Assembly (NCBI GenBank): GCA_965240325.2
Contig: OZ251229.1
Coordinates: 1,240,001-1,304,000 of the forward strand
Source: Rebecca billardiae RCC1528
Lineage: Eukaryota; Protista; Haptophyta
DNA length: 64,000 nt
Direction: 5' to 3'
In this document: piece by piece, positions 24,871 to 36,700 of the stretch
Numbering within the stretch: the stretch's first letter is position 1
Layout of the letters: every line of letters begins with the position of its first letter
The notes under the pieces: model-generated
Seen by the model: only the letters and a program-made list of their open reading frames with translations
What the model was told of the DNA's origin: nothing
Databases searched by the model: none
Translations under genes and position numbers: made by a program

Positions 24871-25989
24871 ATGGACGGCGATGTCGACGACGGCGCGCGC
24901 GGCCGCATGCAGGCCGAGCGGCGGCTCGGCGCGCTCGCGCGCGTGCTGCGCGCCTGGGCCGTCGCGACCGCGCGCAGCGCTACCACCGCCGCCGCCGCGC
25001 GCGCGCTCGGCGCGGCCGCCGCTCGCCGCGCCGCCGCCGCGCTGCGTGCGCGCGCGCTCAGCGCGTGGGCGCGCGCGGCGCGCGCGGCGGCGCGCGCGCG
25101 CTCCGAGGCGGTGCTGCCCAGCCCGTTCGAGCTTGTCGACGCGGTTCTGCGCGCTGAATCCCTCGCCCGCCTCGTCGACGCCGCGGCCGCGCGCGAGCGC
25201 GCGGCGCTCGGCGCGCTGGGCGCCGAGCTGCGCGACGCGGAGGCGGCGCTCCATGCCGCGCGGCGCGCCGGCGGCGCGGGCGGCGCGGCGGCGCCGCGCC
25301 GGGCCGACGGCGCCACCGACGGCGCCGAGGCCGCTCGTTGCATCGCGCGCGCCACCGCGCGCGACGCCGCGCGCGCGGAGCGCGCGTGGCGCGCGCGCGC
25401 GCTGCGCGCGGGCGTTCGCGCGCTGCGCGAACCGGTGCGCGCGCGCGCGGACCGCGCGCGCGCCGCGGCGCTTGGCGCGGCGCTAGCGGACGCGGCGCGC
25501 GGCGCGGCGGCGGAGCGGCAGCGTGCGCTTGCCGCCGACGCCGCCGCAGCGCGCGCCGCCGCCGCCGCCGCCGCCGCCGAGGCGCGCGCGAGCGCCGCGG
25601 CCGACGGCGCGGCGCGCGCACGGCGGGCGCTCGCCTCGTGCGCGCGCGCGGCCGACGCGCGCGAGGCGGCCGCGACGGCGGCGCGCACGCTGCGCGCGTG
25701 GCGATGCGCGTGTGCGCGCGTGCGCGCGGCGCGCGCGCCGCCGGGCGCCTCGCCAGGCGCGCGCGCCGCCGGCCGGCGCGATGACGCCGCGACGCAGACG
25801 CCAACAGCGCGCGCCGCGGCCGACGCGGGCGGCGCGCGCCGTGCGCACGGCGCGCTGCGGCAGCACCAGCTGCTCGTGCTCGCGCGGCTCTCCGAGGCGG
25901 CGCGCGGCCCGCTGCCGCCGGCGTCGCCAGGCGCCGCGGCGCGGGCGCCGTCGCGCTACCTTGACGACGACGTCTACGGCTACTACTAG
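24871..25989 (+). CDS. Ala/Arg-rich helical protein, possibly Sfi1-repeat/POC5-like
   Basis: Single ORF with repeated LxAW motifs (RVLRAW, RALSAW, RTLRAW) and helical low-complexity sequence; functional call is weak. Confidence 0.45.
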   Translation: MDGDVDDGARGRMQAERRLGALARVLRAWAVATARSATTAAAARALGAAAARRAAAALRARALSAWARAARAAARARSEAVLPSPFELVDAVLRAESLARLVDAAAARERAALGALGAELRDAEAALHAARRAGGAGGAAAPRRADGATDGAEAARCIARATARDAARAERAWRARALRAGVRALREPVRARADRARAAALGAALADAARGAAAERQRALAADAAAARAAAAAAAAEARASAAADGAARARRALASCARAADAREAAATAARTLRAWRCACARVRAARAPPGASPGARAAGRRDDAATQTPTARAAADAGGARRAHGALRQHQLLVLARLSEAARGPLPPASPGAAARAPSRYLDDDVYGYY

Positions 25990-26520
25990 CAGTACAGAGC
26001 CGAGCAGCTCCTCCAGTCCCTCCAGTCGCCACCGCGCGCCGCCCGCCTGGCGACGGCCTGCCGCGCTTGGCGACGGCCTGCCGCGCTGAGGCCTGAGCCT
26101 CGGGCGACACGGTTAACCACTTCCACTTTGCAGCCTCCAGGACCAGGTGAGGGACGTGATCGGGATGTTCGTCCGACGACGCACTCTATGCTCATGAACA
26201 CGGACACGGTCCGCGCCTGGAATGACTCACAATGAGGCGGACGGACAGGCGTAGTCGTCGCTTGACTAATGACTTCGGTCACGCGGCAGTCTCGTCACTC
26301 TCCGTCTCTCGGACGTCGACGACAAGTTCATCAGACTTCAGTAGACAAGTCTTGTCTGTTGTCACGGCGGCTACTCAACAGTGACAGTCCGACCGACTCA
26401 CGTCACACAGACACTGTCACTGAGCAGTCGTCTCGTTTGTCGTCACGAGCCGATGACTCGTCGTCTGAGACCCTATATGCTTGCCAGACTGATGTTCTAA
26501 ACGCTGCTGCGACGACGACG

Positions 26521-26521
<1 letters not shown>

Positions 26522-26615
<94 letters not shown>
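26522..26615. repeat. (TA)n microsatellite, ~47 units
   Basis: Pure TA run. Confidence 0.98.
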
Positions 26616-26618
<3 letters not shown>

Positions 26619-26894
26619 CAGCCTGCGCCGGTGCCGCTCCGATCCGTCACGAGCACGGGCGCGGACACTCAGGACTGTGTCTGTGAGGAAGGACAGTGAT
26701 TGATCGGTCGTCCGAAGTCTCGGATGCACGTAGTCGTAGGCTTCATAACGCCCTGCTAGAATCATCATTGCCACCAAGTCTAGGGTTCGTCCGCGTGTGA
26801 CGACGTCGACAGTCGTCGCTGAGTGGCAGAGTGTATCGTCAGACACCGCAGGTTTGCTAAGGTTACACGTCCGACTCGGTCTCGTCAGCCTGGC

Positions 26895-28469
26895 TCAGGC
26901 GGCTCGGGCGGCTCGGCGCGTCGCCGCGGCCGCGGCGATCGCCGCCGCGCGCCGCGGCCGCTTACTGGACGATGGCGGCGCCGGCGGCTCGGACTGCCCG
27001 TCATCGTCGTCGGCGCGCGCCGCCGCCGCGTCGGGCCGCCGCCGCCGCCGCCCGCCGCCCCCCTCGGCCTCGCGCGCGGCGGCGCGCGCGGGCGCGGCGG
27101 CGGCGGCGGGCTGCGCGCGCGGCGGCGCTCGCGCAGCTTCGGCGGCGCCGCCGCGGCCCGGCGCGGCGGGCGCGGCGGCGGCGGCGGCCGGCGCGCTCGT
27201 CGCGCGCGCGGCGGCGGCGTGCGCGCGGACGAACCCCGGCGGGCTCGGCGGCGCGCGCGCGCCGCCGCAGTCTGCGGCGAGCGCGCCGAGCAGCGCCTCG
27301 CCCAGCGCCGCGTACGGCGGCTCGGCGTCGGCCGCGAGCGCGGCGGCGGTGCCGAGCCACGCGAGGAGCGCGGCGCGCAGGCCGGGGCCGAGCGCGGACC
27401 AGTCGACGCCGCCGGCGCCGTCGGCGTCGTCGTCGGCGTCGCTTCCCTCCTCCTCCTCCTCCTCCTCCTCCTCCTCTGCGGCGCGCGCGCGCCGCGCGTG
27501 CCGCAGCAGCCGGCGCTTGGCGGCGCGCACACGCTCGCGCAGCGCGCGCTCGCGCGCCTTGGTGGTGCCCTTCGCGCCGACGGCGGCGGCGTCGTCGTCC
27601 CACGGCAGCGCGCCGGCGGCGCAGCGCAGCAGCACGTACGCCGCGCCCTCCACGTCGTCCCGCCGCCCGAGCGGCGCGTGCCCCGCGTGCACGGACGAGT
27701 AGCGCAGCGTGCCCGACGCGTCCGAGCGGCGCGGCGCGCCGCGCGGCGCGAGGCGCTGCGAGATGCCAAAGTCGAGCAGGCGGAGGGCGGGCGCGCCGGC
27801 GCGCGGCGCCGCGCCGCCCGTCGCCACGTCGAGCGCCACCAGCACGTTCGCCGGCGTCACGTCGCGGTGCACAAAGCCGGCGGCGTGCATGTCGGCGAGC
27901 GCGCCGAGCAGCTCGAGCCCGACCGCGCACACGTCCGCGGCGCAGAGGCGCGAGGCGGGCTGGCGGGCGAGGTACCACGCGAGCGCGGGGCCGCACAGCT
28001 CGCACACCAGCGCCTCGCCGCCGCCGTCCTCGCCGAGCCCGCGCAGGTGCGCGTGCAGCGCGGGCAGCGCGCGCATCGGCGCGCGCTCGCGCTGCCGCGC
28101 GAGCGCCTGCCACACGGTGCGGTCGTTGAAGAGCTGGCCGCCCGCGCGGCCGAGCTTGACGCAGAGCGGCGCGGCGTGGCGCTCGCCGTACCCGCGGTAC
28201 ACGCGCGACGCGCCCGACTCGGCGTACCCGAGCAGCTCGTCCTCGTGCCACCAGAACGCGCCCTCCCACCGGTGGCCGGCCGCGACCGTCCAGCCGGCCG
28301 CGCCGGCGGGCGGGCGGGGCGGCGGCGGCGGCGGCGCGGCGGAGGGCGGCGGCTCGGCGGCCGGCGCGCCGCCGCCGCCGCCGAGCCGCCGCGCGACCGC
28401 GCCCGCCGTCGCCGCGCACACGGCGAGCGCCGCCGCGCCGGCGGCCGCGAGGAGGCCGAGCTCGTCCAT
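26895..28469 (-). CDS. Casein kinase 1/VRK-like protein kinase with hydrophobic N-terminus
   Basis: LCVKL, FVHRDVTPANVL, LLDFGIS, SGTLRYSSVHA, RRDDVEGAAYVL...GALPW (CK1-group signature). Confidence 0.8.
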   Translation of the reverse strand: MDELGLLAAAGAAALAVCAATAGAVARRLGGGGGAPAAEPPPSAAPPPPPPRPPAGAAGWTVAAGHRWEGAFWWHEDELLGYAESGASRVYRGYGERHAAPLCVKLGRAGGQLFNDRTVWQALARQRERAPMRALPALHAHLRGLGEDGGGEALVCELCGPALAWYLARQPASRLCAADVCAVGLELLGALADMHAAGFVHRDVTPANVLVALDVATGGAAPRAGAPALRLLDFGISQRLAPRGAPRRSDASGTLRYSSVHAGHAPLGRRDDVEGAAYVLLRCAAGALPWDDDAAAVGAKGTTKARERALRERVRAAKRRLLRHARRARAAEEEEEEEEEEGSDADDDADGAGGVDWSALGPGLRAALLAWLGTAAALAADAEPPYAALGEALLGALAADCGGARAPPSPPGFVRAHAAAARATSAPAAAAAAPAAPGRGGAAEAARAPPRAQPAAAAAPARAAAREAEGGGGRRRRRPDAAAARADDDDGQSEPPAPPSSSKRPRRAAAIAAAAATRRAARAA

Positions 28470-28653
28470 GCTGGCTGCTTTTGAAGCGCGCGTGACCTGA
28501 CCGTTTTGCCCTGTCCGCCGTGGCACAAGCTTATTGAAGAACTGTACGCATGCACAGCACTACTGTACACTATGATTGTACAGTACGAATGAGATTATTG
28601 ATTGCATGCAGTGTGATCGAGAGGTGACGGCACAGACGATCCACTCGTCAGTG

Positions 28654-31600
28654 TCACAGCAGCCACGGCTCGTCGTCGCACTCGGCGCCGCCGCCTCCGT
28701 CGTCGGCCTCGGCGCGCGCGCCGCCGTCGGCCTCGTCGGCCTCCTCCGCGCGCGCCGCCGCCGCCGCGGGCGCACCGTCGGCCTCGGCGCCGTCGTCGGC
28801 GCGCAGCTCGCCCCACGCGTCCGCGGCGGGCAGCGGCGCGGCGGCGCCGAGCAGCTGCGCCCACAGCGCGCTCGCGCGCAGCACGCGCGCGGCGCACACG
28901 AGGACGAGGTGGTGCCGCGCGCGCGTGATCGCCACGTTGAGCCGCTGCGCGTTCGCCACGAAGCCCAGCGCGCCCGCGCCCTCCGCGCACGTCCGCGCCG
29001 CCGAGAGCACAACCGCGTCTCGCTCGGCGCCCTGGAAGGCGTCGACTGTGGACACCATCACGCGGCCCTGCGCGGCCGCGTCGAGCGCGCGGCAGACGGC
29101 GGCGGCCTGCGCGCGGTACAGGCAGATCACGCCGACGCGCTCGGGCGCGAGCCCCGCGCCGAGCAGCGCGCGCACGACCAGCCGGACCGCGCCCGCCTCC
29201 GCCGCGTTTGACAGCCCGCCGCCGCTTCCGCCGCCGCCGCCGCCGCCGCCGCCGCAGCCGCCGCCGCCGTGGTAGGTCTGGCCGCCGCCCGCGCCGCCGT
29301 CCGTGTCGAGGAGGGACAGCGTGGGCAGCCCGGGCAGCAGCGGCGCGCGCGCGGAGGCGGGCACGCCGTCGCGCACCGCGCCGGCGTAGAAGAGGCGCGA
29401 GGCGAGCGCCGACAGATCCGGGTGGCAGCGGAACTGCGTGCACATCGGCAGCGGCGCCAGCCCCGCGCGCGCCAGCCGGACGAAGAGCGGCACGCTGAGC
29501 GCGCTCGGCTCGCACGCGACGGTGGGCGGCAGCTGCTGCGGGTCGCCGACCAGCAGCGCGCAGCTGGCGCGCGAGCGGAGCAGCGGGAGCAGCGCCTGCG
29601 GCTCGAGCATCTGCGAGCACTCGTCGAGCAGCACGAGATCAAACACACCGCACGGAGCGGCGCCAGCCTCCGCCTCCTCCGCCTCCTCCGCCTCCGCCTC
29701 GTCGTCGTCGTCGGCGGCGCCGTCGCCGCTGCCTCCGCTCGAGCGCCGGCGCCGCCGGCCGGCGGCGCCGCTCGCCGCCGCGGCCGCCGGCGGCTCGTCG
29801 CGCACGAGGCAGGCGGTGGAGGCGCAGGTGGTGGCGAGCACAGCGCACTCGCGCAGCGCGCGCGTGCGCGCCGCCGTCGCGCCCGAGCGCAGCTGCGCCA
29901 CCGCCTGCGCGAGCGCCGCCGCGTCCGCCGCGTCCGCGCCGCCGCCGCCGCGCGCGCGCTCGAGCTCCTCGCCGAGCGCGCGCGCGCCGTCCTCGCTCGC
30001 GCGCGCCGCGGCGCGCGCGGCGGCGCCGCGCGAGCGCGCGCCGGCGCCGGCGGCGTGCGTGGAGTGCGGCAGCACGCGCCGCGCGATCCGGCGCAGCGCG
30101 CCCACGCGCGTGAACGCGTCGAAGCCGAGGTCGAGCAGCTTGGTGAGCACCGAGTCGACGGCGACGTTGGTCGCGGCGCACAGCAGCAGCCGCACGCGCC
30201 GGCCGGCGCCGCGCGCCTCCGCCGCGCCGCCGAGCGCGTGCACGCCGATCACGAGCGCGGCGAGCAGCGTGGACTTGCCCGTGCCAAACAGTCCGTGCAC
30301 AAGGGCGAGCGGCGGCGCGCGCGAGGCGACACCCGTCGCGCACGCCGCCGCCATGCGCAGCGCGGCGCGCAGCACGGCGCGCTGCTCGGCCGTCAGCACG
30401 ACGGCGCGCGCCGCGAGCGCGCCGTGCGCCGCGCGCTCGGCCGCGAGCACGAGCACGGCCTCGTGCGCCGGCAGCTCGGCGGCGCCGTGCTCGGGCGGCG
30501 AGCCGAGGCTGGGCGCCGGGTTGAGCAGAGCGCGCGCGAGCGGCGCCGGCCGCGCCGACGTCGCGAGCTCGCGCAGGCAGCGCAGCATCGCCACGTCCGA
30601 GTGCGCGCACAGCAGCCGCGCCGCCCACACGCGCTTGGCGGGCGCGGCCGGCGCGGCGGCGGCGCTCGGCAGCGCGCCCGCGCCCGCGGGCCCCGCGCCG
30701 CCGAGCAGCTCGAGGCCGAGCGAGCCGTCAGCGCCCGGCGCGTGGAAGGTGGCGACGCCGAGCGCGCACCAGCCGTGCCCGCTCCCGCCGCTCGGCTCGA
30801 AGCCCGCGTGCGCGCAGAGCACCCACAGGTCGCCGAGGCTGTACGCGGAGGAGTGCACCTTTTGAGACGCCGGCACGCCCAGCGTCGCGAGCGCGGGGCA
30901 CGCGCGCGCCGCCCACACGTTGCCCGGCCGGCCGCGGCATGCGGTGCAAGGCCCGTACACCTCGACGCCCGCCTCGCGCCGCGCGCGCGCCGCGAGCGCC
31001 GCGCCCTCCGGCGCGGCGGCGGCGGCGCCGAGCAGCGCGGGCGCGCGGCCGAGCGCCGCGGCCGCCGCCTCGAGCTGCAGCTGCAGCTGCTCGAGCAGCG
31101 CGCCGCCCAGCGCGGCCGCGTACTCGGGCGCCGAGCTGAACCGCGCGGCGCACTCGACGCGCGTCGGGCGGCGCGGCGCGCCGGCCGCCGCCGCGGCGCG
31201 CGGCGACGGCCAGCGCAGGCCGCTGAGCACGTGCGCCGCGCCGCCGAGCGCGAGCGGCGGCGGGCGCGAGCCGTGCGGCTGCTCGCGCGCCGCCGGCCGC
31301 TCAAACGGCGGCGCGCAGCGCGGCGGCGGCGGCGGCGGCGGCGGCGCCGCCGCCGCCCGAGCCGGCGGCGGCGGCGCCGCCAGCGCCCGCGCCGGCGCGG
31401 CGCGCGGCGGCGGCGGCGGCGGCGGTGCCCCCAGCGCCGGCGGCGGCGCGGCGCGCGGCGGCGCCGCCGACTCGGGCGGCGGCGCCGCCGCCTCGTCGCC
31501 GCCGCCGACCTCAACGCCCGGCTCGGCCGCAGCGCCCTCCTCCGCGCGCGCGAGCAACGCGAGGATCTCCTCGGCGGAGCGGCGCGGGCGCTTGAGCAGC

Positions 31601-31814
31601 TTGGGCGCGCCGAGGGGCGCGGGCGCGGCGGGCGGCGGCGGGTGCGCGGGCGCGGGCGCCGGCCACGGCTGCTGCTCGCGCAGCGCCCGCTCGAACGGCG
31701 GCGCGCGGCGCGGCGGCGGCGCGGGCGCGGGAGGCGCGCGCTCGAGCGGCGGCGGCGCCGGCGCGTCCGCGCGCGGCGCGCGCGGCAGCGGGCACGCGAA
31801 CGGCGCGGCGCGGC

Positions 31815-31845
<31 letters not shown>

Positions 31846-32124
31846 GGATGCCGCCGCCGCGGCGGGAGCGCCAGCGCGCGCCGGCGCCTCGGCCGCGCCG
31901 TGCGCCAGCGGCGCGTCCACCTCGACGAGGAAGAGCTCGAGCTCGAGCTCGGCGCCCGCGCTCACGGCCGCGCGCGAGAAGCACGAGTCGAGCGGCCGGC
32001 CCTCCGCGTCGTGCAGCGCGAGGCGCGACGCGCCGACGCGGAGCACGCCGTCGTGCCACACCTTGCGCTTCTGCGTCTTGTGCTTCGTGTAGCGCACCTC
32101 CCAGCGCGCCTCCTCGCTGGCCAT
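28654..32124 (-). CDS. ZGRF1: ZGRF1-like SF1 (Upf1/Dna2-type) helicase with N-terminal DUF2439
   Basis: [21 protein letters not shown] (DUF2439); [66 protein letters not shown]. Confidence 0.85.
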
Positions 32125-32469
32125 CGCGCTCGTCACTCGATTTGGAAGGCGGTTGGCCGGGCCAAAGAAGCCGGGCCGGCGCACTGGCGACGCCCGGACC
32201 GGGAGGTCCGGATCGGAGGAGGAAGCGCCCGGACTGGTTTCGTCCGGTGGAACCTCCCGGAGTCCCGGACGAGCCCGCCTGGCCGGGACCGCGCGGGCGC
32301 GCGTTCGGGACCCGCCAGCCGGCGGCCGGCACCTGAGAGCCGGCCCCGCTGCAGCTGCTGCGCACTGGTTCGCGCTCTGGCCCGTCCGAATCGCGCCCGC
32401 TCGGGCGGTGGTTGGCACCGCGCGCCGCCGCGCAGCGGCGCGCAGCAGCACACGCCCTGCGTGCGCGGG

Positions 32470-35400
32470 ATGGAGGGCGCGCCCGCGGGCACGGCACCGC
32501 GCGCCACGTGCGCGCACCCGCCCGCCGCCGCCTCGCCGCCCGCCGCCGCGCCCGCCGCGCACGCGCACTCGCCGCAGCAGTGCAGCGTCGTCGTCGCGTG
32601 CGGCACGTGCCAGCAGCACTGCCGCACGCTCGTGCCGGCGCGCCGGACGGCGGCGCTGGTGTTCGGCTTCCGGTGCCCGGCGTGCGAGCAGACCAACCGC
32701 TTCACGCTCGCCCCGGCCGACGCCGCCGCGCCCGCGCGCGCCGGCGGCGGCGGCGGCCCCGCGCGCGCCGCGACGGCGGCGACGGCGACGGCGACGGCAT
32801 CGGCCGGCGGCGCGGCGGGCGGCGGCGGCGCGGCGCGGCCGGCGGCGCCGCCGCCGGCGCGCAAGCGGCCGGGCGCGAAGAGCAAGCGGCGCGTGCGCCC
32901 CGACTTCTCCGCCTCAATCCCGTGGCGCGACTCGACCGCGCGCGCGGTGCGCCGCCCGCCCGGCGCGGAGGGCCCCGAGTATACTCCGGTGGACGAGTCC
33001 GGGCGCGCGCTGCGCAAGCGGAAGCGGCTGCTGTACGACGAGTCGGCGCTGCAGTCGCTCACCGCGCGCTTCGAGGCGGAGACCGCCGCGGCCGCCGCGC
33101 GCGCGCGCGCGTGGGCCGAGGAGGAGGCGCGCGCGGCCGCGGAGAGCCGCGTGCCGCTGCGCTCGCTCTCACCGTGGGAGCGGGGCTGCGGCTCGCTGCC
33201 CGCGGCGCTGCGCGCGGACGGCGCGCGCTGCGCCGCGCTGCGCAACACGATGCTCGGCGCGTGGCACGCGCGGCTCGGCGCGTACCTCAGCCTCGAGCGC
33301 GCCCTCGCCGAGCTCGAGCGCCGCACGCCGGGCGGACTCGACGGCGCCGCGCGCGCCGACGCCGCGTGTGTGTACGAGTGTCTGTCTCACCACGGCGCGC
33401 TGAACGGCGGCGTGCTGCCCGACCACCCGGCGTGGGGCGCGCGCGCGCCCGCCGCGCCGGGTGCGCCGGCGTGCTGCGCGCGCGCCGAGGGCGGGCGCGC
33501 CGAGCCGCCCGAGGGCGCGCCGCCGCGCCCGCCGCCCGCCGCGCCGCCGGCGCACGCCGCGCCGCCGGCCGCCGAGCGGTGCGCGCCGCCGCCGGGCGCG
33601 CCGCGCTCCGCGCTCGTCGTCGGCGCGGGCTTCGCCGGCCTCGCCGCCGCGCGGCTGCTGCGCGCGCGCGGCGTGCGCGTCACCGTGCTCGAGGCGCGCT
33701 CCCGCGTGGGCGGCCGCGTGCACTCACACCGCTTCGGCGGCGCCGACGCACCGCCGGCCGAGCTGGGCGCAATGGTGCTGACGGGCACAGAGGCAAACCC
33801 TGTGGCGCACGTGTGCGCGCAGGCGGGGCTGCGGCTGCACGCGTGCGCGGGGCACTGCCGCATCTACCTGCCCGACGGCACGCCGGTGGAGCCGCGGCTC
33901 GACGCGGACGTCGAGCGCCAGTTCAACGACGACCTCGCGCGCGCCAAGCGCCGCGCCGTCGGCGGCGCGTCCGGAGCGGGCGGCGCGGAGGCGGAGGCGG
34001 AGGCGGATGTGTCGCTCAGCGACGCGCTGGCTGAGGCGCGCGCGGCAAGGCTCGGCGCGCGGCGCGCAGGCGCGGACGCGGGCGGCGCGGGCGCGGCGCC
34101 GGCGCCCGCGGCGCCGGCGGGCGCGCCGGCGCCGCCCGCCGCGCCCGCCGCGCCCACCGCCGCGCTCGCCGCGCCGCCCGCCGCCGCGCCGCCCGCCGCC
34201 GCGCCGCCCGCCGCCGCGCCGCCCGCCGCCGCGCCGCCCGCCGCCGCCGCCGCCGCGCCGCCGCGCTCGCCGCCGCCGCCGCCGCCGCCGCTCCTCTCGC
34301 CCTCGCCCTCGCTGCCGCGCGTGCGCGCGCTCGCCGCCGCGCCGGCCGCGCCCCCGCTCCCCTCCTCCTCCGCGCCGCGCGCGCTGCTGTACGGCTGGCA
34401 CGAGTCGAACCTCGAGTACGCGCTCGGCGCGCCGCTGCGCGCCGCTTCCGCGCGCTGGTGGGACGCGGACGACGTGTTCGAGTTCGGGGGCGAGCACGCG
34501 GTGCTGCCGGGCGGGTTTGGGCAGGTGGCGGAGGCGCTGGCGCGCGGCGTGGACGTGCGGCTGGGGCACGCGGTCGCCGAGGTGGAGCACGGCGACTCGG
34601 GTGCGCGCGCGCTCGCGCCGAGCCGTTGCTCTGCGTGTCTGCTGCCTCTTCGTCTTGGAATAATTGGTTTATTTATTTGTTGCTTTCTTTTGTTTGGGGG
34701 GGGCGGCTTTTTGCCTTGCGCGCGCGCGCGCGCCGCACCCGCCACGCCGACCCGCGCGGGGCGCGCGCTTCGCCGCCGCCTCGGCGCTGCGCGCCCGCGC
34801 AGGCGTGCTCGTGCGCGGCACGCGCGCCGACGACGGCGCCCCGTTTGCCTACGAGGCGGACGCTGCGGTGGTGACCGTGCCGCTGGGCGTGCTGCAGGCG
34901 GGCCGGGTGCGCTTCAGCCCCGCGCTGCCGCCCGCGTGCGAGGCGGCCGTGCGCCGGCTCGGGTACGGCTGCCTGAACAAGCTGTACCTGCGCTTCCACT
35001 CCGCCTTCTGGGCGCAGCAGGAGCACGACACCGACTACTTTGGGTGTGCGCTCGCGCGCGGCGCCGCTTTCGCCCGCACGCGCACGCGGCGCGCGCGCGG
35101 CCCGCCCTGCGGCCGCCTCGCGCTCGCGCGCCTCGCCTCGCCTCCTGACGGCCTCCCCGCCCTCCCGCCGCCGCCGCCGCCGCTCGGGCTCGCCCCCGCT
35201 GCCCTCGCCCAGCTACGTGCCCCCCTTCCGCGCGCAGCAGGGCTGCTGCTACCTCTTCTGGAACCTGCACCGCATCAACGGTTCGCCCGCACTGCTCGCG
35301 CTGCTGGCCGGGGACGCGGCCACGCGCGCGAACGGGCGCGCGGCCGCGCCCGGCGCCGAGGGCGAGGAGGAGGAGGAGGAGGGCGGCTGGGCGGCGGCGC

Positions 35401-36035
35401 CGCCGGCCGGCGGCGCCAACGCCGCGCCCGCCGCCGCCGACCCGCCCGCCGCCGACGCCAAGCCCGCCGCGCCGCGCGGCGCCGCCGCCGCGCGCGCGGA
35501 GCTCCACGCCCGGCTTGTGCGGTACGCGCTGCGCGCGCTGCGGCGCATCTTCGGCGCGGCGCGCGTGAGCGAGCCGCTCGAGACGCACGTGACGGCGTGG
35601 GAGGACGACGAGCACGCACTCGGCACGTACTCGTACATCGGCGTCGGCGCGACCCCCGCCGACTACGACGCGCTCGCGCAGCCGATCGGCCGCTCGCTGC
35701 GGCTCGCGGGCGAAGCGACTTGCAGCACGCACCCGGCCACCGCGTCCGGCGCCTATCTCTCGGGGGTGCGCGCCGCGGCGAGCCTGCTCTGCCCGCGCGC
35801 CGCGACGGGCGGCCGCGCCGGCGGCGCGCCCGCGCGCGAGGGCGAGGGCGAGGGCGACGAGGGCGACGACGACGACGAGCGCGCGTCGATGCGCGACGGC
35901 GCCGCCGACGCGGCGCACGCGGCCCACGGCGCCGCGGCGGGCGAGGGCCACGACGGCGCGCGCGCCGTGCGGCCGCGCGCGGCGCACGCCGCCGGACCGC
36001 GGGCCGGCGGTGGCGACGGTGGCGCGGCGGGCTGA
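32470..36035 (+). CDS. LSD1/KDM1-like lysine-specific demethylase (SWIRM + flavin amine oxidase); introns 34601-34802 and 35044-35212
   Basis: SWIRM-like LRNTMLGAW...[10 protein letters not shown]; [13 protein letters not shown]...[10 protein letters not shown]; ELGAM; VTVPLGVLQ; [12 protein letters not shown]; GTYSY; [21 protein letters not shown]. Confidence 0.9.
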
Positions 36036-36700
36036 GTGCCGCACCCGCCCGTCGCCGCGGCGCGCGGCGTCGTGCGGCCGGCCGCGCATCCGAGCAGCTG
36101 CAGCACGGCGCAGCGCGCGCGCAGGAGGCGCAGCGCGGCGCTCGCCCCGTGTGCCCCGGCTGCTCGTCACGCTGCCACCTCCGACAGACTTGGCCGTGCA
36201 TTATTTATTAGTTTTTGGCTGGCCGCTGGCATCAGCGCGCGCGTGCCACGTCGCATCAGCAGTGCTGGCTTCATCTGCCGCGGGGTGCGCCGCGCTTTGC
36301 CGCTACGACGGGTCAGCACTGCTGTCTGCTGTGTCGTGGGGGCGCAGGCGCTGCGCCCGTCTGTCCGCGGCGGAGTGTCGTCTACTCGTCTCTACCGTCG
36401 GCGGCTCGCGCGGTCCCCTTCTGGCACGGGCGGCTCAGCGCACTGACGGATATGCCGCATCCGCTCGAGCACCGACACTGACGCTACGGCTATATATATA
36501 TATAGCTGCCGTCGGACGAGGCGGTAGTCGGTTGGACTCGCCGCTGGCGCCCCGCGGCTGCAGTCGCGGCAGCGGCAGCGCGGTACTGTCGTCAGCGGGT
36601 GCCGCTACGCGGTGGAGCGTAGCAGTCCGCCGAGCCGATCGAGTCGGACCGCACGTTGAATAATAACTTGAGACGCGATGATGATGATCGAAGACGAAAG

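Noticed and set aside
29269-35148. 1959-aa plus-strand ORF
   Set aside because: The first half is the antisense shadow of the ZGRF1-like gene. Only the part from 32470 is real, and the end reads through an intron.
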